DNA of 64,000 nt, from the NCBI RefSeq assembly GCF_009914755.1, contig NC_060948.1; one strand, written 5' to 3'. Source of the stretch: the human T2T-CHM13v2.0 reference genome, Homo sapiens. A program made the position numbers and the translations under genes. Below are positions 13,984 to 29,233 of this stretch, in pieces. The notes beneath the pieces are model-generated. The model was not told the DNA's origin. It ran no database searches and saw only the letters and a list, made by a program, of their open reading frames with translations. Numbering within the stretch: position 1 is the first letter of the stretch; every line of letters starts with the position of its first letter.

Positions 13984-14211
13984 TAAAACAGGCACCACCA
14001 CTCCTCTTCCATAAGGCACCCTGACTTTTTGAAGCGCTCAGGCCAGTCATAGAATGTCCTACTTTATAGATTTGCTTCATTGCCCTCTCATGGTGTCCGT
14101 TAATGTTTTTCTCTGTCAATGTTTCCTATAAACCAAAACCAGAAATTATGTCAAAAGTCTTGATTAACTTGATTAAACATGCTTGACAAGAAAACTTAAG
14201 TACAAATATGA

Positions 14212-15158
14212 GACAGTGCAGCAGTTTTAGAAAACAATCTGGAAGCTCTTCAAAATGCGAAGCATGGAGTTCCCACCTGATCTGGCAGTTCTGCTCTGAG
14301 GTGTACACCCCCAAAAAATGAAAACCTGTCCAAACAAAAACTTGTAACAAGTATTCATAGCAACGTTATTGATAATAGCTGAAAACTGGAAAACAACTCA
14401 ACTGTCCATTAAATAATAGACTTTTTTAATGTGGCAAATTCACTGGTGTGGTGACTCACACCTGTAATCCCAGCACTTTGGGAGGCCAAGGTGGGTGGAT
14501 CACTTGAGGTCAGGAATTTGAGACCAGCCTGGCCAACATGCTGAAACCCTGTCTCTACTAAAAATACAAAAATTAGCTGGGCATGGTGGCACACACCTGT
14601 AATCCCCGCTACTCAGGAGGCTGAGGCATGAGAATCGCTTAACCCAAGAGGCAAAGGTTGCAGTGAACCAAGATCACACCCCTGCACTCCAGCCTAGGTG
14701 ATAGAGTTAAGACTCTGTCTCAAAAAAACAAAAACAAAAACAAAAACAAAAACAAAAAAAGATAAAATGTGGCATATTCATACAATGGAATATTATACAA
14801 GGAATAAAGTGCTGATATCTTGAGGAACCTTGAAAACATCCTGGGTGAAAGAAGCCAGTGACAAAAGACCACATATTAATAATATATGATTCCACTTATA
14901 TAAAATGTTCATAAGAAAATACACAGAAAAGAAAGTAGATTTGTGGTTGCCTAGGGCTAGGGGTGGTAGGAGGGGGATAGAGAAATGACTGCTCATGGCT
15001 ATGGGGCTTCTTTTGGGGGTGATGAAAATGTTCTAAAATTAGATTCTGGTGGTGGTACAACTGTGTGAACACAAAAAGCCTTTGAATTGTATCTTTAAAT
15101 GGGTGGATTGTGTGACATATGAATTATACCTAAATAAATCTGTCAGAAGAAAAAGAAA
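14212..15158 (+). mobile_element. L1MB-like 3' end, interrupted by an Alu
   Basis: Typical L1MB7/8 3' UTR (gaaagaagccag...ttttgggggtgatgaaaatgttctaaaattag...aataaa) and A-rich end. Confidence 0.8.
14442..14760 (+). mobile_element. AluSz/Sx-like
   Basis: Dimer with (CAAAAA)n tail; TSD aatgtggca(a/t)attca. Confidence 0.92.
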
Positions 15159-15869
15159 ATGTTCATAGATGCTGCAGTGCATTTTGTATTGTGTTACATC
15201 AAGAGGCTCCCAAGTTCACACCATCCCTGTTTAATGATGCTCAACCTCTTAGTTGAGATGGCGACCTCATGTCTCTCCAAATGAAAGGTTTGCTTTCCAT
15301 TTGTACAGAGCAAGCAATCTGTGGGGTGACAGATTGAAACACACAAGCAGCCCACTCCCAGCATCTTTCCACCTCATGTTTTAGCAGACACTGCTAAGTC
15401 TGGTAAGACACTGCTAAGACTGACAAGTCTTACTGGAATCAATCATTTCACTGGGATTACAGAACGGCCAACAGTTCGTCTTACAGATTCAAAAGCTTAG
15501 ATGGTTTGACAGACTTTCCAGAGTCACTAGACAGGATGGTAGCAGAACAGGGACTAGAGCCCAGGGCTCCCTTTTCTAGCCCACTTCTGGTGCCATTGCC
15601 TTAGACTGTAATTCACCTGTGTATAAAGAGAGCTTCTGCTGCACTGAGGGGCAGGAAAGTGCTGAATAAGGAGTATTTCAAGGATCTGGCCACAAAATTA
15701 TTGCCTTACAACCTGGAGGATATCCAGAAAGACTGTTGCTGTATGCCTTGAAGGTTAATTAGGAAAACACAGGAGGAATCCATCTGTAGCAGAAGCAAAG
15801 AATCCCGGCAGGAACAGCCTCAGCATAGGGGAGAAACACTGTCAGTGAGCAGGGGAGTTAGAATTAGTT

Positions 15870-16080
15870 ATAACCTAGCACTAAAGGGCATGAACCCTTG
15901 AGCCAAATTGTCAGGATTTGAGCACCAGCTCTGCCACTTTCTACCATAACCTCTCAGTGCCTTGATTCCTTGCTTATGAAAAGGGGATCATAGTAATACC
16001 AACCTCATGGGGTTTTTATGATAATTAAATGAGTTTGAGAACAGTTCCTAGCAACAGTAAGTTATCAAAAATATTGGTTA
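15870..16080 (+). mobile_element. MIR
   Basis: ccagctctgccactt...aacctctcagtgcctt...aataccaacctcatgggg core. Confidence 0.65.
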
Positions 16081-16249
16081 CCTTTACATTGCACAAAATG
16101 TTTGGATGGCAATTTGCAAAGAATAGGAGTGCTATAGAAGTTAATGACAGCCAGCTGCGTTTCCCTCTGGAAACATGGCATTGCCCCTGCTCAGTAAGCA
16201 CCCCTTGGGCACTGCTACTGCAAGAGGCAAAGTGGGTTTTAGGGAAATA

Positions 16250-16425
16250 AGTCAGGATTGAAACCAGGATATCTGGGTTGCAATCTCACATCTGCCACCT
16301 ACCACTGAGTGATGTAGAGTGAGTCCCCTGTCTTCTCTGAGCCTGTCTCTACAGTGTGAAATGGAGAGGTTGGACTAGTACATGTTCAATGACCTTTCTG
16401 CCTCTGACCTCTGACGTGTGATTCT
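16250..16425 (+). mobile_element. MIR3-like fragment
   Basis: ctctgagcctg...gtgaaatggagaggttggactag. Confidence 0.55.
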
Positions 16426-16606
16426 AAGAGTCTTCAGTGGGTATTTCAGCTCCTGCATCCTGCTCAGGGCTGCTAGGTTATGTAGAGTTGGCTCCTAGAA
16501 GTCTAAGGCATTACTTCTCTGACGTCAGAGTTGGTACATCTCAGAGCATCCAAGGTTACCCAAGGTTACTTCCATTTATCCATTTATCCATTTATCAAAA
16601 GGAGTA

Positions 16607-16833
16607 GATTCTTCCCTCTGTTGCACAGAAGATTGGTTCTAGAATCCCCACATATTCCACATTGACCATACTCAAGTCCTATACTCAGCCCTGTGTACAG
16701 AAAAAGTTGGCCCTCTGTGTACATGGGTTTCTTGTCCAGGAATACTGTATTTTTGATCCAAGTTTGGTTGAAAAAAAATCCACTTATAAGTGGACCCATG
16801 AAGTTCAAACCCGGGTTATTCAAGAGTCAACTG
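16607..16833. mobile_element. MER8 (Tigger-derived DNA transposon)
   Basis: gaatactgtatttttgatccaagtttggttgaaaaaaaatccacttataagtggaccc...ttcaagagtcaactg followed by TA. Confidence 0.8.
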
Positions 16834-16875
16834 TAGTTTTAAAAGACTCACCTGAATTAATCAATCCTACAGTGA

Positions 16876-17192
<317 letters not shown>

Positions 17193-17602
17193 TTATAGTT
17201 ACTCTTATTGTGAGTCGTAAGTAGCTCATTGTGTCAATGTCATAAAAGTTATGTTTCTTTCATTGTTTTCTACTTTTCAGTCTATCTGCAACTTATAAAT
17301 AAGCATGTTGGCTAGAAAACAGAACTCATGGGGAAAAATGTAAATCTTTGTTTGCACAAAGGTTTCTTTGATGTTCATAAGTACACACCATGAAGCACAT
17401 CTAAATTTGTATGTCATATTTATGACTGAGAAATATCAGGTGAAAAATGTAATTCTGGTATGTCCTCAACTCCACATTCCATATATAATATTTTCCTTCT
17501 TTGCATTTTGAGACATAGTAGGCAATCAGCAAAGATAACTGATTGATATTATACCCTATAGTGGAGAAAGAGGGCTGAAAACATCTCCAAGCTGACCCGT
17601 CC

Positions 17603-17911
17603 GCCCCTCCCCTCCCCTCCCCTCCCTTCCCCTCAAGACAGGATCTTGTTCTGCCACCCTGGATGAAGTACAGTGGCACAATCATAGCTCACTGCAGCTA
17701 TGATCTCCCAGGCTCAAGTGATCCTTCCACACCAGCCTCCCAAGTAGCTGGGACTACAGGTACATGCCACCATGTCTGGCTTTTATTTTTTTGTAGAGAT
17801 GGGGTCTCCCTATGTTCTCCAGGCTGGTTTCGAACTCCTGGGCTTAAGCGATCTTCCTGCCTTCACCTCCCAAAGTTCTGAGATTACATGCATGAGCCAC
17901 TGCACCTAACC
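17603..17911 (-). mobile_element. AluJ with (CCCCT)n-converted tail
   Basis: J-type atcatagctcactgcagc; tail replaced by a pyrimidine repeat. Confidence 0.88.
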
Positions 17912-18205
17912 TCATTGTTTTCTTTATTCCTGGGTTTCCAGCACCTAGAACAGTGCCTGGTACAAAAGAGTTACTAGAACAATATTGGATGCTGTTGTGG
18001 CTTTAAAACACATCCACAGGTCGGGTGCAGTCACTCAGACTGAGAGATTCAAGAGAGAGTGGGGAAGAAACTGTGGTGCATTTTGTGATCTAGTCCCTGA
18101 AATTGTATGCCTTCACTTCTGCTTTATGCTAAATCACTAAATCCAGCCTACACTTAAAGGGAGAATAATTACGTTCTACTTCTTGAAAGGAAAAATGTCA
18201 AGGAA

Positions 18206-18797
<592 letters not shown>

Positions 18798-18900
18798 CCT
18801 TGACACCTTTCCTTTCAAGAAATAGAACTTAATTACTCTCCCTTTAAGTGTAGGCTGGATTTAGTGATTCACTTCTAATGAAAAAAACAAAGCAGAAGTG

Positions 18901-19050
18901 TCTGGGCATGGTGGCTCACACCAGTAATCCCAGTTTGGGGAGGCCAAGGCAGGAGGATGGCTTAAAGCCAGAAATTCTAAACCAGCCTAGGCAATGTAGC
19001 AAGAGCTCATCTCTACAAAAACAGAAGTGTAAAAAGTATCAAAAATTAGC
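18901..19050 (+). mobile_element. FLAM/AluJ left-arm monomer
   Basis: Left arm only; flanked by repeated cagaagtg. Confidence 0.75.
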
Positions 19051-20134
19051 ATGAAGCAGAAGTGAAGGCATATAATTTCAGGGACAAGATCACAAAATGC
19101 ACCACAGTTTCTTCCTCACTCTCTCTTGAATCTCTCAGTCTGAGTGGAAGTAGCTGATGTATTGTAAGCAGCCCTATGGCAAGGCCCACATAATGAGGAA
19201 CTGAGGCCTCCAGCCAACAGCCATGTACATGAACCCTTGTGGAGCAAATCCTCCAGACACAGGCAAGCCTTGAGATGACGGCATTCCCAGCCAACATCTT
19301 GACTACAGTCTAATGGAAGACCCTGAGCCAGAACCACCCAGCTAAGCCATTCTCACATTCCTGACTTTTAGAAACTTTACAAGAAGACGAATGATTGATG
19401 TTGTAAGCCGCTAAGTTTTGAAGTGATTTGTTATGCTGCAATAGTAACTAATACAGATGCATAAATGAATAGAAAATCTGTTGCACATTTATGTACCCGA
19501 AGAGTGTCAATATCCAAACATCTTTTTTTTTCTTTTAAGTTCTCCAATTTATTCATTTTTTGGTTGTGTCAGTAAACATACAACTCCATGGGTAATTTTG
19601 TGGTAGAGCTGTCAAAATAACCATAAAAATATAATGAAATATGATATGATCTGATTAAGATCAAGTAAGATGTGTGAGAAGTCTAGCAAACTGGAGGGAA
19701 AATGCTGAAAAGTCACACTGGCATGAGACAAAATTCTGTCTTGTCTTCTCCACACTCATGCATAAGCTGGGAGTCCTCTTTTCCTCCTCTTTATAGGGAA
19801 TAAAGTTGCTTCCCCTGCTCCTTCCTTTTTGCTTATAAACAAAAAAAGCAAGCTGTAGATTTTTAGCAGCAGCAACCTGCTCTAAAGTAAGCCATGCTAT
19901 CTAGGAGAAACAGGAACATTTCAATCAGGGCTAAGATGATTTATTTAAGGATAAAGAGCCCAATATATCTCAAATGGAATTTTCCAGGAAAGGAACATAT
20001 TGTGAGTCTAGCTCCCAAGTTAGTCCGCTGGCTAATACACTGAGAAGCCAGGGTTACTGGTTGTATCTTTCCAAACCAGCATGGTTAGTTTGGTTGGTTT
20101 CAACATGGCATAAATAAATCCAAACTTCTGAGTT

Positions 20135-20549
20135 TAGTAATCACAGTATTAGAGGTGACACTGACTGCTTCAACAACAACAAAATTAACCCCAAAATGTA
20201 GAATGGCTCTCAACACAATAGAAGCTTATTTCTCATTAACATAAAGCCCAGAACACACACTCGTGATCAGTAGGAGGCGCTCATCTGAGCCAGGCACCCA
20301 GACCCTTCCATCTTGCGACAGACATATGGCTTCCCATCTGCTGTCTTTGTCCACATGGACACAGAGAAGGTACACAAAGAATTGCAAGGTAGAGAGTCTG
20401 TGGGCCAGGCCGTGAAGTCACAGGCATCACTTCTGCTCAGATTTTCTTGTCTAAGCCTCAGTCACTTGGGCTCCTGACCACAAAGATCACTGGTAAGCAC
20501 AGGAAGAAGGGGAGACAGATGCTTGAACAGTTAGCCCGTCTCTGCCACA
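20135..20549 (-). mobile_element. MLT1J/K-like LTR (old)
   Basis: aacacaatagaagcttatttctc...catcacttctgctca...gtctctgccaca end. Confidence 0.6.
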
Positions 20550-20932
20550 GTAAATGGCACCACTTACTCCTGCACAGCCATAGATAACCTCCTCAGCCAT
20601 CTCCCCTCCAGAGCCTATTCCATTCTTACCTGCATCCCTAACCCAAGACAGATTGAACCCCCTTCCTCTCTGCTCCAGGGAACCTTGCACCCATCTTATC
20701 TCCATCATATTAATTATTGCTCAATTGCCATCATTTATGGGCCTGTCATTCCACTACTGTGTTAGCATCTGGAGAGCAGAGAGCATGTCTTTTCCTCTGT
20801 ATATCATGGTGTCTGGCAAAGAGTAGACACTCATTTGACAGATTGAAGGATGAATAAAGTGTTACTCAAAACAAGTCCAGGTAAAATAATATGGAGAATT
20901 ATGTGTTAAGACTACTTTTTGATAGAACACAA

Positions 20933-21214
20933 GGTTGGGCCCAAAGGCTCATGCCTGTAATCCCAGCACTTTGGGAGGCCAAGGAGAGAGGATCACTTGA
21001 GCCTGGGAGTTCAAGACTGGCCTAGGCAACATAGTGAGACCCTGTTTCTACAAAAGAAAAAAGAATTAGCCAGGCACGGTTGCAAGTACCTATGGTACCA
21101 GCTACTTGGGAGACTGAGCTGAGAAGATCACTTGAGCCCAGGAATTCGATATTACAGTGAGTTATGATCATGCCACTGCACTCACCCTAGGTGACAGAGC
21201 AAGAGCTTGTTTCA
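20933..21214 (+). mobile_element. AluJ (A tail essentially lost)
   Basis: J-type dimer ending gagcttgtttca. Confidence 0.88.
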
Positions 21215-21445
21215 GCACAATGTGAAAAGGAAATATAAGAAATAGCAGAGCCATGCCATATTCAAAAACAAAGGGCAGCTCTTGTGGTTCCATCTCCTAT
21301 CTGTGAAGTGCCAAGACAAAAGCAAGAATTCTAGTATTTATGACAGTCTGGTCATGGGCCATGCGAACTCTCACTTCAACACTCATGTTTTTAGGGTATC
21401 TAAGATGTACTGCCAGGGACCATAACAGGGTGAAAGTTGGACCTG

Positions 21446-21917
<472 letters not shown>

Positions 21918-22069
21918 TCAGATTTCTTGCCAGGGAACAAATGAAGTTGGATTAATTGGCCTTCCATATCTAGAATCCTAAGACTCCTTGAACTAGAGCT
22001 TGCCAACAAGCTTAGGAGGCCAGTAGCTCCCCATCACTGAAAGTATTTGAGCAAAGATGAGATGATCCT

Positions 22070-22290
22070 AATAACCATGACAGCCTCCTTTATTCTGTGC
22101 TTACTATGTTTCTGGAAGTGTGCTAAGCATTTCTTTTTTTGCATGCTTCCTCTTAAGAATACTATAGAGTAGGTACTAATATCATCCACATTTTACAGGT
22201 AAGGAAACTGTTTACAGAAGTTAAGTCACTTCCTGAAAGTCATTCTGCTGCCCAATGGTGGTGCCAGGATTTGAGCCCTGACTAGTGTCT
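22070..22290 (-). mobile_element. MIR
   Basis: cattttacaggtaaggaaactg...gttaagtcacttcctgaaagtca...ccaggatttgagccc. Confidence 0.65.
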
Positions 22291-22353
22291 TGCTCTGTGT
22301 GTCTGTGTGTTGCATTTCTGTGCTTGGAAAAGTCTGACTGGATGGCTTCATAA

Positions 22354-22665
<312 letters not shown>

Positions 22666-22714
22666 GGGACACTACTTACTTATGGAAACTATACATTAAG
22701 AAATTGAGTGACTG

Positions 22715-23246
<532 letters not shown>

Positions 23247-23278
23247 TTATTTCAGTGGGGGTTTGTTTAGTAGTAGTT

Positions 23279-23627
23279 GTTTTTTAATTTTGCTTCGGTT
23301 TGGTTTTTTGAGATGAAGTCTCACTCTGTTGCCCAGGCTGGAGTGTAGTGGTGGCACTATCACAGCTCACTACAGCCTCAATCTCGGAGGCTCAAGGGAT
23401 CCTCCTGCCTCAGCCTCTCATGTAAGTGGGACCTGACTAGCTGGCCAGCCATATCCTGCTAATATTTATTTATTTATTTATTTATTTAGTTAGTTAGTTA
23501 GTTAGATAGGAAGAGACAAGTCTCCCCATGTTGGCCAGGCTGGTCTCAAACTCCTGAGCTCAAGTGATCCTCTCACCTCATCCTCACAAAGTGCTGGGAT
23601 TACAGGCCGGAGCCACAGCAACTGGCC
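23279..23627 (-). mobile_element. AluJ with linker expanded to (TTTA)n(GTTA)n
   Basis: J-type dimer; TSD ttgtttagt. Confidence 0.88.
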
Positions 23628-23764
23628 TTGTTTAGTTTCAGTGAATAAAACTGCCTTTTGAGGGAGCTACAGAGGCAATATAGCAGCTTGGAATCCAGGA
23701 AGCTTCCTTGGTCTTGTGTTTCTAAGGGTCCCAGGCATATTATAAGCAACTGCTCCTGATGGAG

Positions 23765-23990
23765 GCGCTAGTGTATGAAGAGCTAGGTTCTGGAGCTAGA
23801 CCGCCTGGACTTCTGTCTTGATCATGTGCTTTTGGGAACATGACCTATCCCGTCAGTGCCTCACCCTCTTCACATGCAAAGTAGAAACAATGACAGCAGC
23901 TGCCTCGTTGGGGTTACTATGATGATGTATGTCATGACTTAAAACACATAAGGTGCCGACAGCAGTGGCTGGTACGTAATGGATACTTAA
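23765..23990 (+). mobile_element. MIR
   Basis: ggttctggagctagacc...tcagtgcctca...catgcaaagtagaaacaatgacagc. Confidence 0.55.
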
Positions 23991-24084
23991 CAGAGCCATT
24001 CCTTTCAGGGTCAATGGGGTGATGGCTATTTTATTTTTTTCTTTTTTATCAATTTGAGACCAAGCACTCAAGAAAAAAAATTCA

Positions 24085-24384
24085 GGCCAGACGTAGTGGC
24101 TCACGCCTCTAATCCCAGCACTTTGGAAGGCTGAGGTGGGTGGATCTCTGGAGGTCAGAAGTTCAAAACCAGCCTGGCCAACATGGAGAAACCCCATCTC
24201 TACTAAAAATACAAAAATTAGCCGGGTGTGGTGGCACATGCCTGTAATACCAGCTACTCGGGAAACTGAGGTGGGAGGATCACTTGAACTTAGGAGGCGG
24301 AGGTTGCAGTGAGCTGGGATCATGCCTCTGTACTCCTGCACTCCAGCCTGGGGGAAAGAACAAGACTCTGTCAAAAAAAAAAAA
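24085..24384 (+). mobile_element. AluS/Jb
   Basis: Dimer with poly-A. Confidence 0.9.
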
Positions 24385-25171
24385 ATCATCCTGAGGTCAT
24401 AAAGCGAAAGAGTAACAAAGGTGGGCAGGCAGGAACTACTCAGCAGTGTAGAATGGGCCCTAGAAGCAAGGATTATTCCAGAGTCATCTGAACTCAGACT
24501 CACAGGCATCACCGACAGGCCAGTCCTGCCCCAGCTCAAGCCCTGGTACTAGGGGGCCCAGGCTGGGTGGGGGCGGGTAGGGGTTGGCCCTTGCAAAACA
24601 GCCTCTATCCTGTGCAACAGTTTATAATTCAGCAGAGAGTGTTTTGTTTTTAAGAAATGTCCAACTGGATATATGGCATTGCTGTTAAAACTGTTTTTAT
24701 TACCTTATGGAACTACAAGAAAGCCTAGGGATGTATTAATACATATAGGGTTGACAGGCCCATAACTATAAAGTAATGGCAGGCATTATCCATATATATT
24801 CATGGAAGTGGGAGTCCAGGGGCAGACACAGAACATTCCCAGAGGGAGCTGATGCACTTTATTATTTTTATGTAGGTTCAGATATTATTTCTCAGGTACA
24901 GCATAAAATGATGCTTTATTCCATCAACTATAACCCAGGCACACAGAATCATTCCATTTCCCAAAGGAATACAAGCAAATAAACCTTTAGGCAGCAAACA
25001 GAAATGCATTTTCTCTCCTCTCCCTGCCTTCTTTTGAGGAACAGAATTAGCAGGTTTGCCTAGAGTGCACTCTTCTCTCTTGAACCACATCTTCAATCCC
25101 CAAAGGGAACACAGTGAGATCTTCCCCAAAGGTAGTTCAAAGCTGGGGGCCCTTTCATTTGCCAGGATCTA

Positions 25172-25443
25172 ACCCAGCTACTCAGGAGGCTGAGGCAGGA
25201 GGATCACTTTAGCCCAGGATTTCAAGAGCAGCCTGGACAACATAGTGAGACCCTGTCTCTACAAAAAAATTTTAAAAATTAGCCGAATGTGGTGGGGCAT
25301 GCCTGTAGTCCCAGCTACTCAGGAGGCTGAGGTGGGAGGATTGCTTGAGCCCAGGAGTTTGAGGTTATAGTGAGTAGTGATGGCATCCGTGCCCTCTATC
25401 CTGGACGACAGACCAAGAGTCCAGCCCTAAAAAAAAAAAAAAT
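25172..25443 (+). mobile_element. 5'-truncated AluJ with atypical (FLAM_A/right-arm-like) start
   Basis: Begins cccagctactcaggaggctgagg and continues as a left arm; no TSD found. Confidence 0.82.
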
Positions 25444-25684
25444 AATTAAAAATTTTTAAATCTTTAAAAATTAAAAATCTTAAATTTTTCCTTAAGATTT
25501 ATAAGAGGACTCAGTAAAGGCTGTGCTGGCAATAACATCAAACTACTGAATTCTTTGAGAACTCACTGGAGATTATTATTTTGCATGACATAACTAAACA
25601 TCTTAATGGTTGACTTAATTACTTAGATGTCAGTCTGTATGTTTTTGGTGTCATAAGTACAAAGCTTAGAAATGTTACTTTTAG

Positions 25685-25984
<300 letters not shown>

Positions 25985-27271
25985 TTACTTTTAAAACCAA
26001 GTACTAGCTCATCTCTAAGTAATACTATTTAAGTAGGCAAAAGCCCCTGGAGGTAGCCTGAACTTTTTATTCTCTTAGCTGAGGGGACAGAACAGAAATG
26101 ATATGACACTTACAGAAACCCCTATGTGGCCTGGCCTCATTGGAATTTTTTCTGTTAGTTAAATCAATACCATTTTTTCTATTGATTAAAAACAAAATTA
26201 TTCATATGATGGGTTCAAGAAAACAAATTATTTCCCTAATGGACAGTGTAGATCCGGACTAGAAGCAAACAAGGATCTTCTATCCCTCACACATCTCAAC
26301 ACTCAAGCAAAAACTCAAAGAAAACAATGATACTAATGGCCACATCATGCACCGTGCTCACACAAGGATGCCAAGAGGCTTAATATGTGTTCCTTACCTG
26401 GACCCTTTTCACTGGATCAGAAATACGGATGTCTTAGTCTGATAGGCATCCTCTGCTAATGCATTTTAAATGATTGAATCAATAATTTGATGGGCCACTT
26501 TTTATAAGATGCTATGATACCCTATGAAGCACTATTAAAATATTCATTTTTCTGCACACCAGATAAGGCCCAATTGTTCATAACCAATATTGGTTCTCTG
26601 GCAAAAGGAGTAAAGGCAGCCCTCTAGATATTCCTCACTGATATTCCATTTCTCAGTGGCTACGGAGACATGAGTAGGAAGGAAATCTGGGTCCCTGCAC
26701 CCACGATCTTGGTGCCATCAAAGTGCCACTGCTGGAAGGTTCCTGGGCACCATCTGAGACCAACCCCACTGTGAGGCTGAAGGAGGCTGATCAGAACAGT
26801 GGTCCTCCACCTCCTCCCTGACTTCCCAAGTCATCTTCTATTTATGTGGAATTATTCCCATAACTGGGGCCAGATGATCCCACCCTGGGAAGACTGGGGA
26901 AATTCCCAGAATGCTGACCTGAAAGTCCAATTTTCCCAATATTTCTACTGTTCCCATGTCACAAGCCTTTGGGCAAAATCTCCCAGGCTTGAGAGATTTC
27001 AATCCAGCCTGGATCACCTCTCCACTTCCTCCATCCCAGAGTGAAATTAAAAATCCCATCTGCTGTCAATGAGGAGTCCCTTCAGGCCCTAAAGTTTAGG
27101 GAGAGGAATCCCTATCTTGACTTCTTCACTGTCATCCTGGCACATCAGTTACTTCAAACAACCCAATTTCAAGAACTGATAGACCTTCATTTCTGGACAC
27201 ACCAAAAACAAGCAAATTCCAGAGGATCAGCTTCAGGGTGGCAGAATGGAATGAGTAAAAGCCAACCACGA

Positions 27272-27603
<332 letters not shown>

Positions 27604-28577
27604 TCACCATTAGCTCAGCCAGGACTGGCAAGGGAGTGCCAACTGGAGAATCTTATCCTCTGTTCCTTAGCTGTTTAGATGTATAAAGCCTGAGGGCTTT
27701 GCACCTAATTAGGGTTTCAGAGCTTTGTTTTTCTTTCATCTAATTACATTTGCCCTGTGGGGAAGAGCCTCTGTCCAGGAGGCATTGCTCTCCGAAAATC
27801 TGTCTCAGCCCAACAACAGGTGCGAGAAAGTGAACAGCTCCTCTCCCCACCAATGTGGTGAGATGCCGAGCCAGGCCCTGGCTTCTTCTTGCTCCTCTCC
27901 TTTCATTATCTCTAACTCTAGTGTCAGCCCTCAAGCAGTCCCCTGCTTTGTCACCCCTGGCAAGGTGGGGAATGTTCTCTTAACCTGCAGCTTTCTCCTT
28001 CGGGAACAAAGCGCAGCCTCTTAGCAGCTAGCAATCAACTCCTGTGCTCAGGGCCTTCCAGCCAGACCTTCTGCAGTGCACCCTGGTAGGGGGTAAATTA
28101 TCCTGAGCTTGGAAAATGTGACTGAAATCACCTCCGACAGAGGAAAATGGGTTTTCATAAAAAATGTTTCCTCACCTTTGGTTGCAACTCAATTCAACTG
28201 ACCATTTCCCACCCTGGATCTCAAAAGAAATTTCTGCTTTGCTTCTGGGTATGAGCCCGGGTGATAATGAAAGGTACTTAGGAAGCCAGGCCTATTGAAG
28301 CAGCGTAGCCCTCAGAGGGGCATGGCTGACTTGGCTAAGAGTAGGACAGGGTGTGGGGTTGAGGAATCCATGGGGACTCAGGGCATCCTGTCGCAGACAC
28401 AGGAGCTGACCCAGCCACAGGGTCACAGGACAGCCTGTGTCACCACAGTCTCTGTGCAGAGTTCAGAGTTTACAAATGAGATAAATGGACATTTGCTGAC
28501 TGGGGTAACTCAGCATCAATTCACCCTATTTCTGGGAAAAGCCTCAATTTACATGTGGGAATGGACCATCCCCTTAT

Positions 28578-29233
28578 TGTTATAGGAGTTATAAAGAAAT
28601 TATTTTAGGCAGATAGAGAGGAAAAGAGGTCCTTGGGAAGTTTTTGTTTCTTTTAAAGCAGATCCAGAAACCTTTCTTGTCTAACAGGAGAGCACCAGCT
28701 CTAAGAGCCACTGGCAGGTTTGATATGCAAATGCAGGCCACTGGAAACTGAGTCCACCCAAACATGGAGATTTCAGGTTTCTTCCTTGCCCCAACAGGTG
28801 GCTGGCAACATGGCTGCCCCCACATATCCCCACGTGTGTAGAACATCATGGCGCCCTGCATTTGCATCTTAAAAGGCTAGAGTGTGAGGGCCAGCTTTTT
28901 CTCAGGCTATGTGAATGACATGCCTGGTCAAACCAATCCTCTGAGCCCTGTGCAAGCCAGTACCGCCTCCTCCAGCCTCCTCATATAAGTAGCTGATTAC
29001 ACCACACACACGCCCTCTCCCCACATCCCTTCTCTCCACCGGAGTTTTCTCTCTGTTCAAATCCCCTCTCCCTCTGTCTCTGTACTGGGGACCTGTTTTC
29101 TTCTTCCTTCCTTCTTTCTTGTATATTAAACTTTTCGCTCCTTAAAACCATTCCAGGTGTGTCCGTGTCATTTTATCCAAAAGTGTGCTAGACCAAGAAC
29201 CCTGGTGTTCCTCCAGTCATCTGAGCCATATCA
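28578..29233 (+). mobile_element. ERV1 solo LTR, LTR9/LTR9B-like
   Basis: tgttataggag...aagaaattattttaggcagatag start, ...gagccatatca end, perfect 4-bp TSD ttat; octamer motifs, CCAAT, TATAA, ATTAAA. Confidence 0.78.

Noticed and set aside
16549-16596. Short tandem duplications ccaaggttac x2 and tccattta x3
   Set aside because: Ordinary slippage products; no spacer structure, not CRISPR-like.
23461-23510. (TTAG)n run resembling degenerate telomeric repeat
   Set aside because: It is the expanded A-rich linker of an AluJ; no TTAGGG arrays occur in the window.
23853-24539. Longest ORF (228 aa, minus strand)
   Set aside because: Its core is antisense Alu translation (HCNLRLL...[11 protein letters not shown]) plus MIR; no domain or exon structure.
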